The translations under genes and the position numbers were made by a program. Shown here in pieces: positions 26,824 through 35,887 of a stretch of DNA of 57,527 bases. Location: the IMG/VR virus record IMGVR_UViG_3300032309_003728, positions 1 to 57,527 of that record; one strand, written 5' to 3'. This DNA is from a virus. Lineage: Duplodnaviria; Caudoviricetes. How positions within the stretch are numbered: the stretch's first letter is position 1; the number at the start of each line of letters is the position of its first letter. The notes beneath the pieces are model-generated. The model saw only the letters and a program-made list of their open reading frames with translations. It did not search any database and had not been told where the DNA came from.

Positions 26824-27588
26824 ATGGATATTATTCCTTTATTTAAATCTCACTATAGTATAGGAAGGTCTATACTTACTCTTGAGGATGAAGACCATAA
26901 TAATACTTATCCAGATTCAATTATTAATATAATAAAAGAAAATAACTTAAAAAGCCTTTATCTTGTAGAGGATAATATGTCCTCTTTTCTACAAGCTTAT
27001 ACTAATACTAAAAAGAATAATATAAATTTAAGATATGGATTAAGAATTACTGTCACAGATAATATGGAAGATAAAAGCGATGAGAGTAGAGTCAAAAATT
27101 GTAAATTTATTATATTTTTTAAAAATAATGAAGGCTACAGAAAATTAATTAAAATATTTAGTATAGCTGCAAAAAACGGTTTCTATTACGAACCAAGAAT
27201 AGACTACAAAACCTTGAAATCATTATGGGATAATAAAGACTTACTTTTATGCGTGCCATTTTATGATTCATTTATTTTTAATAATTTATTAAGAAATTCG
27301 CTGTGCACACCCCAACTCGATTTCTGTTCACCGACTTTCTTTATAGAAGACAATGGCATCCCTTTTGATTCTTTAATAAAATCAAAAGTATTAGATTATT
27401 GTGATAAAAATAAAAACGATACAATGAACGTAAAAAGCGTATTTTATAAAACAAAATCTGACTTTAAAGCTTATTTAACTTTTAGATGCATAAATGTCAG
27501 AACAACTTTAAATAAACCAGAAATAGAGCATATGACAAGTGATACTTTTTGCTTTGAAAGCTGGATGGAGAAAATCAAAAATGGATGA
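26824..27588 (+). CDS. stand-alone PHP domain of DNA polymerase III alpha (N-terminal part of split DnaE)
   Basis: FKSHYSIGRSIL, KNNEGYRKLIKI.S.A...GFYYEPRID match the DnaE PHP-domain pattern. Confidence 0.8.
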   Translation: MDIIPLFKSHYSIGRSILTLEDEDHNNTYPDSIINIIKENNLKSLYLVEDNMSSFLQAYTNTKKNNINLRYGLRITVTDNMEDKSDESRVKNCKFIIFFKNNEGYRKLIKIFSIAAKNGFYYEPRIDYKTLKSLWDNKDLLLCVPFYDSFIFNNLLRNSLCTPQLDFCSPTFFIEDNGIPFDSLIKSKVLDYCDKNKNDTMNVKSVFYKTKSDFKAYLTFRCINVRTTLNKPEIEHMTSDTFCFESWMEKIKNG

Positions 27589-28219
27589 ACATCTTTTAAG
27601 ATACGATAAAAATAAAAGCTTTATTTTTATAGACTTTGAAACTTTTAATCTATGTTTAAATTTTTGCCATAATTTACCTTGGCAGATTGGAATGCTTAAA
27701 GTAAAAGGCGACACAAAAATGGACAGTAAAAACTATTATATAAATTGGGATACTGCTTTAAGAATAAGTGATGACGCTGCAAGAATCACCAGATACGATC
27801 ATAATAAAGTTAAAAAATTAGGAGTAAAAATAGAAGAGATATTTCCAACAATTAAAGATTGGTTAGATCATACCGATTATATTGTGGGGCATAATATATT
27901 GGGTTTTGATTTATATTTAATAAAAGAGCTTTATAAAAAAATGGGATGTCATTGGGAGCATTTGACCGAAAAAATAATAGATACAAATTGTGTCGCCAGA
28001 GGTATTAAATACAACTTACCATACAAAAGATCAGATAATTTCTTAGAATATCAATACAAAATTTATCATACCAGAAGAAAAGACGTAAAAAGTTCTCTTA
28101 CATTTTTAGGAAAAGAATCTGCGATAGATCATGATTACGAAAAGCTTCATGACGCATTAAATGATCTTGACTTAAATTTAAAAATATGGAATAAATTGAA
28201 ATGGCAGGTAGACTTATAA
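27581..28219 (+). CDS. DEDDh 3'-5' exonuclease (DnaQ/epsilon-like)
   Basis: IDFET, VGHNILGFD, IDT, LHDALND. Start reassigned to ATG 27581 with a GGAG SD. Confidence 0.88.
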   Translation: MDEHLLRYDKNKSFIFIDFETFNLCLNFCHNLPWQIGMLKVKGDTKMDSKNYYINWDTALRISDDAARITRYDHNKVKKLGVKIEEIFPTIKDWLDHTDYIVGHNILGFDLYLIKELYKKMGCHWEHLTEKIIDTNCVARGIKYNLPYKRSDNFLEYQYKIYHTRRKDVKSSLTFLGKESAIDHDYEKLHDALNDLDLNLKIWNKLKWQVDL

Positions 28220-28220
28220 T

Positions 28221-28436
28221 ATGGCTTCACTAGATGACATTTATGACGCGCTAGATGTATTAGACAAAGCTGATGCAGAATACATGCTTATAACTATACA
28301 AAAAGGAAAAAAGCAAGGAAAGGCAGATGTATTTTTTAATCTAAAAAATGAAGATTCCTTGAAAATACTTTCTAAAGGATTAAAAACCTTTAGCGAGGAA
28401 ATAGATAGAAAGAAAGAAAATGGAGACTTTAATTAA
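28221..28436 (+). CDS. small hypothetical protein within the polymerase cluster
   Basis: 71 aa, coupled to both neighbours. Confidence 0.6.
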   Translation: MASLDDIYDALDVLDKADAEYMLITIQKGKKQGKADVFFNLKNEDSLKILSKGLKTFSEEIDRKKENGDFN

Positions 28437-30993
28437 CTCAAAAAAATTCGAAGAGAACTTCTCTCAAGTAAACTTACCCCTTCATGGTGTAAGGCTCCCT
28501 GAGTTTCATATAGACAATAAGTACAAGCACGAATTAAATATAAGCGAAGATTCTTCGAATTATGATTTTCTTCGAGCTTTAACATTAAAAGGTTTAAAAA
28601 ACTTAAATCTAAAAAATGATTCTAAAGAATACCATAATTATATTAGTAGAATCAAACATGAGTTAGACACAATTAAAGAGCTTGGATTTATTGATTATAT
28701 ATTACTGGTTTGGCACGTTATCAACTATTGCAAAGAGAATAATATACCAGTTGGTCTTGGCAGAGGGTCTGCTGCGGGTTCATTAATTTTATTTTTAATA
28801 GGCGTGACAAGAATAGACAGCTTAAAATATAACCTTTATTTCGAAAGATTTATATCCAAGATTAGAGCTAAAAAGCAAGAAGTCGATGGGGTAATGTACT
28901 TGGATGGTACATTAATGTGCGACGTAGATTTAGATATATGTTATTATAATAGACAAAAGGTTCTACAACATTTAGAGGAAAAATTCAAAGGAAAAACAAG
29001 TAAGATTTTAACTCTTAATAGTTTAAGTGGAAGGCTTTTGATGAAAGAGTGCGGGAAAATAATTGGAGAAAAATCAGACCAAGAAATGACTGAGATATCA
29101 GCCCTAATACCTAAAGTTTATGGTCAAGTCAAAGATATTCAAGAAGCTTATGAAGATGTACCCAAGTTTAAAAAATGGTGCGATGAGAATAAAGAAATTT
29201 ATGGAACTGCTCTTAAGTTAAGAAACCTTATTAAGAATAAGGGTGTTCACCCTTCTGGAGTTTTGTTGTCTTATAATAAGTTAGAGGAATCTTGCCCGAC
29301 TGAATTTTCTAGCGACAAAGAACCTGTATCATCTTTCGATATGAATTGGGTTTCTTTATTCAATATCAAATTAGATATATTAGGCTTGAGAAGCGTTTCT
29401 GTTGTTGATGACGTTTGCAAGCAGATAGGCGTAAAAATAACTGATATAGATTTAAATGATTTGTCAATATACAGATCTTTGCAAGAGCTTAAAACCCCAC
29501 ACGGATTATTTCAAATTGAAGCTGATACAAATTTTAGAGTCTGCAAACAAGTAAAACCAAAAAATCTAGAAGAATTAAGTGCTGTTTTGGCTTTGGCTAG
29601 ACCTGGGGCTTTACAATTCGCAGAAACGTATGCTCGTTATACTAATACTCAGCAATACGAAGGTATACATCCATTCTTCGATGATATTTTAAAACAAACA
29701 GGTGGAGTTGCTTTGTATCAAGAACAATTGATGCAAATGGCAAATAAAATTGGTTTTACTCTAGATGAAGCGGAAATCTTAAGAAGAATTGTAGGCAAGA
29801 AGAAAACTGAAGAGATCAAAACTTGGAAAAAGAAAATCGAAAATAAGATTAAAGAAAATAACTTGCCAAAAGAAGTAGGAGATATTTTATGGAAAATTTT
29901 AGAAGACTCAGCGAATTATTCGTTTAATAAATCTCATTCAATTGCTTATGCGGCTTTGGCTGCTTGTACTGTGTATTTAAAATTTAATTATCCAAAAGAA
30001 TTTTTCTTGTCTCTATTAAAAATGACTAGGCACGAACCAGATTCAATAGGAGAGATTTCAAAAATTCAAAAAGAAATGAGCGCCTTCAATATCAAGTTGT
30101 TGCGCCCACACATTATAAAATCTGATATGGATTTTTCTATTGAAGGAAATGATATTAGATTTGGATTACTATCTGTTAAAGGGATTTCTGATAAATCAAT
30201 TGAAAAGTTGAACAGCTTTAGAAATAGATACTCTAATAAATTTGAAATCTTTCAAGCTGCTGAAGAGGCAGATTTAAATATTGGAGTTCTTTGCTCTTTA
30301 ATTCAAGCAGGTGCTTTGACTGGATTCAAGCAATCAAGAAGTAAGATTGTTCTAGAGGCTCAATTATGGAATATTTTAAATGCAAAAGAAAAGAAGTTCT
30401 GTATTTCTTTTGGTGAAAGATTTGAATATGATTTAATTAAAATTATAAAACATTTAAACAAGTTTACTGATGAAAAAAATAAGGTAGTAATAAAGGACTC
30501 TAGATTAGAGACTATTAAAAAGAAGTATGATCCATACCTAAATATATATAACCAAAATAGTAAAAGCGAAAGTTTCGCTAATTGGTATTACGAAAGAAGA
30601 TTATTAGGGTATACTTATGAAAAAACTTTAAAAGATATTTTCCATGATAAAAGACAAAATCTTCAAACCGTGGAAGAGATTTGGGATACTCCAGCTGGCT
30701 CAAAAGTGTTTTTTGTTGGAGAAATAGTTGATGTATATAATGGAATAGCTAAAAACGAGAGAAAGACTAAATTTTGTAGAGTATCAATTACTGATGAAAC
30801 AGATACTATTGATACTCTTTTATTTAATGATTTTATTGAAAGTAATAAATCTTTAAACAACAATAAGAATTACGAAGAAAAGAATATAGTCATAGTAAAA
30901 GGTACTAAAAAGGAAGATGCTGTATTTGGAGAAATTATAGCAATACAAGACCAAAGAATATATATGAAATTAAGTGAATTAAAAATCAAATAA
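28420..30993 (+). CDS. dnaE: DNA polymerase III alpha catalytic core (lacks the PHP domain)
   Basis: GLGRGSAAGSL, FERF, CDVDLD (PDIDxD equivalent), HPSGV, KLDILGL, GLFQ, LARPG, YQEQ.M, YSFNKSH..AYA, IRFGL..KGI, C-terminal OB fold. Confidence 0.93.
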   Translation: METLINSKKFEENFSQVNLPLHGVRLPEFHIDNKYKHELNISEDSSNYDFLRALTLKGLKNLNLKNDSKEYHNYISRIKHELDTIKELGFIDYILLVWHVINYCKENNIPVGLGRGSAAGSLILFLIGVTRIDSLKYNLYFERFISKIRAKKQEVDGVMYLDGTLMCDVDLDICYYNRQKVLQHLEEKFKGKTSKILTLNSLSGRLLMKECGKIIGEKSDQEMTEISALIPKVYGQVKDIQEAYEDVPKFKKWCDENKEIYGTALKLRNLIKNKGVHPSGVLLSYNKLEESCPTEFSSDKEPVSSFDMNWVSLFNIKLDILGLRSVSVVDDVCKQIGVKITDIDLNDLSIYRSLQELKTPHGLFQIEADTNFRVCKQVKPKNLEELSAVLALARPGALQFAETYARYTNTQQYEGIHPFFDDILKQTGGVALYQEQLMQMANKIGFTLDEAEILRRIVGKKKTEEIKTWKKKIENKIKENNLPKEVGDILWKILEDSANYSFNKSHSIAYAALAACTVYLKFNYPKEFFLSLLKMTRHEPDSIGEISKIQKEMSAFNIKLLRPHIIKSDMDFSIEGNDIRFGLLSVKGISDKSIEKLNSFRNRYSNKFEIFQAAEEADLNIGVLCSLIQAGALTGFKQSRSKIVLEAQLWNILNAKEKKFCISFGERFEYDLIKIIKHLNKFTDEKNKVVIKDSRLETIKKKYDPYLNIYNQNSKSESFANWYYERRLLGYTYEKTLKDIFHDKRQNLQTVEEIWDTPAGSKVFFVGEIVDVYNGIAKNERKTKFCRVSITDETDTIDTLLFNDFIESNKSLNNNKNYEEKNIVIVKGTKKEDAVFGEIIAIQDQRIYMKLSELKIK

Positions 30994-30998
30994 TAAAC

Positions 30999-31027
30999 TT
31001 GACAAAAATTCAAATTAATTATATTAT
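30999..31027 (+). promoter_or_regulatory. sigma70-type promoter TTGACA-17-TATTAT (leaderless)
   Basis: ATG 31034 is 6 nt after the -10 box. Confidence 0.7.
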
Positions 31028-31033
31028 CTAAAT

Positions 31034-31579
31034 ATGTTAGCATTTTATAAACCTAATAGTAAAAACACTGGTACAGCTTGTAGCTTTTCTGTTAATCCAA
31101 GAGATTGCTCTATATGGAGCTCCTTAATTAAGCAAAGCTCATGGAATGAATCTAAAAAAATAGGATCATTTTTGGAAAATCAAAATAATCCAAATAAAAG
31201 TGTAAAAATCAAATTCACACTTACCGAAACAGCTGGTCTTTTGGATGCTCTAGAAAGAAATACAGAATTTTCAGCTTATCATACCTCAGAAAAACAATCT
31301 ACACAAATTAAATTATCCCCTTATATTAGAGATAATAAACAGGTTGGTTTCTCTTATATAGTTAATAAAACTGATAAACAAAATAGTGAAAATAAACAAA
31401 GTTATTTAATAGGCTTTTATTTTAATGAATCAAGGCTTTTAAAACAATTTCTAGAATATTCTTTAAATACAGTTTTTGAATCCCAAAGGATAGAAGCAAT
31501 CAAAAAGATTAAAAATAATAAAAATAATTATAAAGAAAATGAACCAGATGCTGTTGCTGAAGAATCCGATCTTTGGTAA
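31034..31579 (+). CDS. hypothetical protein, possible PC4/Whirly-like ssDNA-binding protein
   Basis: FYKPN...G.ACSF, beta-rich core, acidic tail ending EESDLW; follows the polymerase gene. Confidence 0.55.
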   Translation: MLAFYKPNSKNTGTACSFSVNPRDCSIWSSLIKQSSWNESKKIGSFLENQNNPNKSVKIKFTLTETAGLLDALERNTEFSAYHTSEKQSTQIKLSPYIRDNKQVGFSYIVNKTDKQNSENKQSYLIGFYFNESRLLKQFLEYSLNTVFESQRIEAIKKIKNNKNNYKENEPDAVAEESDLW

Positions 31580-31584
31580 AATAA

Positions 31585-33504
31585 ATGTCGAAAAAAAAGA
31601 AATTAGTATATCAATCCGATTTTAGTTTAGCCAAAACAGGTTTTGGAAGAGCAGCAAAAACCCTGCTTTCTTATTTGTATTCTACTGGAAAATATGACAT
31701 AACTCATTATTCTTGCGGTCTCCCATATAATCATCCAGAATTCGAAAAGACTCCTTGGAAAACAATTGGCTCTTTGCCGAATAATCAAATGGAAATCCAG
31801 GAAATAAATAAAGACCCAAATCTAGCCAGACTAGCTAGCTATGGTTCGTATTATTTAGATAAAGTAATACAAGACGAAAAACCAGACATTTATATTGCTG
31901 TTCAAGACATATGGGGAATAGACTTTGCTGTTAATAAAAAATGGTTTAAAAAGATAACGTCTGTTCTGTGGACGACGTTAGATTCACTACCAATTTTGCC
32001 TACTGCTGTAGAAGCTGCAAAAAAAGTTAAAAATTATTGGATTTGGAGTAAATTCGCAACAGATGCTTTGCATGACATGGGATTTAAGGACGTTAAAACT
32101 GTTCATGGACCATTAGAGACTAAAAGTTTTTTTAAATTAAGTAATGAAAACAAACGAAATTTAAGATCAAAATTCAATATACCTGAAGACGCATTTATAG
32201 TAGGATTTGTTTTTAGAAATCAATTAAGAAAAAGTGTGCCTAATTTGCTAGAAGGATACGCTTTATGGAAAAGATCTAATCCAAGTATTAAAAATTCTTT
32301 TCTATTATTACATACTCATTGGGGCGAAGGATGGAATATTTATAAGCTAGCGGATGAATATAATGTTGATAAAAGAGAGATTTTGACTACCTATGTATGT
32401 AAAAATTGTGGTGATTATGAAATTAAAAATTTTCAAGGACAAGATTTAAATTGTAAATTTTGTGGAACCGAAAAAGCTCAAATAACTACAAACGTAGGAC
32501 TAGGCGTAACAGAAGAGCAACTTAATGAAGTTTATAATTTGATGGACGTTTATTGTCATCCTTTTACGAGTGGTGGGCAAGAAATACCAATACAAGAAGC
32601 AAAACTAACCGAGTTAATAACTTTGGTAACAAATTATTCATGCGGAGAAGAGTTGTGCGACAACGAAGCCGCTTCTCTTCCATTGGAGTGGTCTGAATAT
32701 AGAGAGCATGGAACAGAATTTAGAAAGGCTTCAACTAAACCAAATTCTATAGCTAAACAATTAAATAAAGTCTATAATATGACTAAGCAAAAAAGAGATG
32801 AAATGGGTAAAAAAGCTAGAGATTGGACCATAGATAATTATTCCATAGAAAAGATCGGAAAAGATTTAGAAGACTTTATTGACAATGCTCCTTTTACAGA
32901 ATACGATTTTTCATTAAAAGAAGAAAAAAGAGACCCAACTCATGTGATTCCAAAAATAGAATCTAATAGTGATTGGATTATTTACATGTATCATAACATT
33001 CTAAAAATGAAAGATGTAAACGAAAATGATGAAGGTTTCAAATATTGGATGGATCAATTAAGCAAAGGCGCTAATAGAAATGACATAGAAAAATACTTTA
33101 GACAAATGGCAATAAAAGAGAATCAAGAAAATGAAAAAGTATTATTTGATCACCTTTTAGATCCAGACGATGAAGGCAAAAGAATTTTATTAGTAATGCC
33201 TCAAAGTGCTGGTGACGTCTTCTGGTGTACATCATTATTTCCTTCTATTAAAGAAACTTATCCAGATTATAATTTATATTTTGCGACAAAAAAAGAGTAT
33301 ATGGAGATTTTAGATGGCAATGAATATCTTCATAAAATCATAGAGTATAATCCTGTAATGGATAATTTAATTTGGTCGGAAGGGCAAGGAAACCATAAAG
33401 GGTATTTTGATATCACATTTTTGCCATATATAGGCACACAAAAGATTTTAAATTATCTTCATAATGGAAAAGATAAATTAGCTTTTGATATTAAAGCTTT
33501 TTGA
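31585..33504 (+). CDS. multidomain glycosyltransferase: GT4 with zinc-ribbon insert, DUF4214-like domain and GT9-like N-terminal domain
   Basis: TGFGR, FRNQLRK, CKNC..CKFC insert, GGQEIPIQEA; YMYHNIL..DEGFKYW; RILLVMPQSAGDVFW..LFPSIKETYPD. Confidence 0.8.
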   Translation: MSKKKKLVYQSDFSLAKTGFGRAAKTLLSYLYSTGKYDITHYSCGLPYNHPEFEKTPWKTIGSLPNNQMEIQEINKDPNLARLASYGSYYLDKVIQDEKPDIYIAVQDIWGIDFAVNKKWFKKITSVLWTTLDSLPILPTAVEAAKKVKNYWIWSKFATDALHDMGFKDVKTVHGPLETKSFFKLSNENKRNLRSKFNIPEDAFIVGFVFRNQLRKSVPNLLEGYALWKRSNPSIKNSFLLLHTHWGEGWNIYKLADEYNVDKREILTTYVCKNCGDYEIKNFQGQDLNCKFCGTEKAQITTNVGLGVTEEQLNEVYNLMDVYCHPFTSGGQEIPIQEAKLTELITLVTNYSCGEELCDNEAASLPLEWSEYREHGTEFRKASTKPNSIAKQLNKVYNMTKQKRDEMGKKARDWTIDNYSIEKIGKDLEDFIDNAPFTEYDFSLKEEKRDPTHVIPKIESNSDWIIYMYHNILKMKDVNENDEGFKYWMDQLSKGANRNDIEKYFRQMAIKENQENEKVLFDHLLDPDDEGKRILLVMPQSAGDVFWCTSLFPSIKETYPDYNLYFATKKEYMEILDGNEYLHKIIEYNPVMDNLIWSEGQGNHKGYFDITFLPYIGTQKILNYLHNGKDKLAFDIKAF

Positions 33505-33507
33505 AAC

Positions 33508-33885
33508 ATGAATTTGTATTCTGAAATATCTGCTGGAGAATTAATAGATAAAATTTCTATACTTGAAATAAAATCTGAAAAAATAAAAGATCAAGTTAAA
33601 TTAGATCATATAACCAGAGAAAAACATACCCTTCTTAAAGAGGCTCAAAAACTAAATCTTTATGAAAAATGGTTAGATAAAATAAAAGAAGTCAATTTGA
33701 AATTGTGGAAAATAGAAGACGATATCAGAGAGAAGGAAAGAAAAAAAGAGTTTGACCAAGAATTTATTGAATTGGCTAGAGCCGTTTACTTCACCAATGA
33801 CGAAAGGTTTAATATAAAGAATCAAATTAATTCATGGTACAACTCAAATATAGTAGAACAAAAGAGCTACGAAAAATATAATTAA
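33508..33885 (+). CDS. DUF6165-like protein
   Basis: EISAGELIDKISILEIK, VN..LW.IEDDIR, FIELARAVY.TND.R..IK.IN, EQKSY. Confidence 0.75.
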   Translation: MNLYSEISAGELIDKISILEIKSEKIKDQVKLDHITREKHTLLKEAQKLNLYEKWLDKIKEVNLKLWKIEDDIREKERKKEFDQEFIELARAVYFTNDERFNIKNQINSWYNSNIVEQKSYEKYN

Positions 33886-33888
33886 TAT

Positions 33889-35070
33889 ATGCACATACTA
33901 GAGCAGTACGCAGTAAATTGTGGAGTAAAAATTGGTAAACCTTTTATATCTCCAGAATTTTATCCTTTAAATTTTCAAGGAAAATACATATGCCTTCATG
34001 CAGGTAGTGGTATGGATTCTAAAAATTATGATTACTTCGATGAGGTAGTTGATTTAATTCGACCTCATTTGGAGCAAAAAAATATTAAAATAGTACAAAT
34101 AGGTGGACCAAAAGAAAGATTAGTCAAGGGTTGCTATCCAGCACTTGGTTCGACTAAAAGACAAATGGCTTATTTATTGCAAAATTCAGAATTATATTTT
34201 GGTAACGATACAATGAGTTTACATTTCGCTTCCCATTTTCAAAAGAAAATAGTATGCGTATCAACAGTTTTGTACACATCTAATTTTTATCCCTATTGGA
34301 GTAGAAAAGATGACTACTCTATTATTGAGTCCCATAGAAACGGAAATAAACCAACATTTTCTGCTTTTGAATCTCCTAAGTCAATAAACTTCATAAACCC
34401 AGAAGAGATAGCCAAAGAAATATTAAAGTTTTTAAATATAAAAAACAATTTAGAAATTTACAAAACACTCAATATTGGACAATTTTATAACACAAAAGGA
34501 TTTAATGTAATACCAGATCATGTTGTCTCTCCTGAGTTTACACAAAATGTAGTATATAGAATGGATATAGCACATAATGAAGAGAATTTATATAACCAAA
34601 GTAAAATATTAAAAACAGTTATAAACTGTAATCAAAAAATAGATTTAAATATATTAAAAGAAAATAAAGATAATATTGTTGGAATAAATGTATTTGTACA
34701 AGATGATGAGAATTTAGACTTTGTAAAAGAAATTAAAAAATTAAATATAAAATATCAAATATTCTCTTATTTAGATGATAAAGATTTAAATAAATATAAA
34801 ATAAAATTTATTGATTATGGAGCTATTTTGAAGCTGAAGACAAGTTTTCCTGAACTTGAAGAGAAGCTGAAGAACGTAAAAACGCCACTTTTTTATAAAA
34901 GTAATACCTTTATATTAAGCAAAGGGGATATTTATTTGAGTGAAAAAGCATTTTTCGACCAAAAACCAATATCATCTTTTAATGAAAACATTCAAGAGTT
35001 TTATGATTTTAATATTCTAAGAGAAAATCCAGACAAATTTTATATATTCACAATGGACTTGACAAGTTAA
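33889..35070 (+). CDS. GT9 (heptosyltransferase-like) C-terminal domain protein
   Basis: YICLHAGSG..KNY, IVQIGG, YFGNDT..LHFA....KKIV; I.PEEI. Confidence 0.75.
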   Translation: MHILEQYAVNCGVKIGKPFISPEFYPLNFQGKYICLHAGSGMDSKNYDYFDEVVDLIRPHLEQKNIKIVQIGGPKERLVKGCYPALGSTKRQMAYLLQNSELYFGNDTMSLHFASHFQKKIVCVSTVLYTSNFYPYWSRKDDYSIIESHRNGNKPTFSAFESPKSINFINPEEIAKEILKFLNIKNNLEIYKTLNIGQFYNTKGFNVIPDHVVSPEFTQNVVYRMDIAHNEENLYNQSKILKTVINCNQKIDLNILKENKDNIVGINVFVQDDENLDFVKEIKKLNIKYQIFSYLDDKDLNKYKIKFIDYGAILKLKTSFPELEEKLKNVKTPLFYKSNTFILSKGDIYLSEKAFFDQKPISSFNENIQEFYDFNILRENPDKFYIFTMDLTS

Positions 35071-35087
35071 TAAAAGTAGTTTAATAT
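35059..35087 (+). promoter_or_regulatory. sigma70-type promoter TTGACA-17-TAATAT (leaderless)
   Basis: ATG 35094 is 6 nt after the -10 box. Confidence 0.6.
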
Positions 35088-35093
35088 CGTTAA

Positions 35094-35873
35094 ATGGATA
35101 ATAAAACTTCTACAACAGTAATTGGACCAAATATAGAGATCCTTAATCAAGACTCATCAAACCCTTGCAAGAATTGCCCTCCTAAAACTGTTACAAGAAA
35201 CATTTATGGTCTTCTAGAAGATCAAGAAATAAATTATATATTCAATGATGATGGCCAAATAAATTGGAGAGGTATGGTAAAGCACCAATATCTTGTTCCA
35301 AATAGACAAAGAACTCAAGAAACAGATGTATCTAAATTAGAAGATAAAGATCTATTAATCCTTTTGGGTGGAATTAAAGAGTTAGCTCAAATAAGAGGAT
35401 ACACAGATGTATCTTATAAAGTTGTAGCTGCATCAGAAAATTATTTCGCTACAAGTTGCAAAATAACTTGGATACCAAATTATGAAACTCAAGGAAGAGT
35501 AGTCACCTTTGAGGCTTTGGCAGATGCATCAATGCAGAATACGAAAAGTTTTGCAAGGTTTTTCTTGGCTGCAATTGCAGAAAATAGAGCTTTCGTAAGA
35601 TGCGTGAGGAACTTTCTGAAAATCAATATTGTGTCTCAAGAAGAACTTGGAGACGCGAAATTAATCGAAGACACTGTAGTAGTAGAAAATCCTACTTCTC
35701 CTCATGCTCTATTAGAGAAGATAATGAAAGAGAAAAGTCTATCTTTAGATGCTTTAAAAAATAAATTGATTAAAGAGAATTTTGAGAATGCAGAAGGTAT
35801 TAATAATATAACAGATATACCAAAGACAAAAATATTTGAGCTGATAGAAAGAATTAAAAAAATTAAAAAATAG
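35094..35873 (+). CDS. conserved phage protein, possible Rad52/Sak-like ssDNA-annealing fold
   Basis: LLGGIKELAQIRG, ADAS..N, AIAENRAFVRCVRNFL.I..V..EE resembles the Rad52/22-like AETRA..RA..R motif. Confidence 0.55.
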   Translation: MDNKTSTTVIGPNIEILNQDSSNPCKNCPPKTVTRNIYGLLEDQEINYIFNDDGQINWRGMVKHQYLVPNRQRTQETDVSKLEDKDLLILLGGIKELAQIRGYTDVSYKVVAASENYFATSCKITWIPNYETQGRVVTFEALADASMQNTKSFARFFLAAIAENRAFVRCVRNFLKINIVSQEELGDAKLIEDTVVVENPTSPHALLEKIMKEKSLSLDALKNKLIKENFENAEGINNITDIPKTKIFELIERIKKIKK

Positions 35874-35880
35874 TTAAAAC

Positions 35881-35886
35881 TTACAC
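35881..35886 (-). promoter_or_regulatory. GTGTAA motif at a convergent junction
   Basis: TTACAC in the 14-bp gap between stops 35873 (+) and 35888 (-). Confidence 0.35.
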
Positions 35887-35887
35887 T

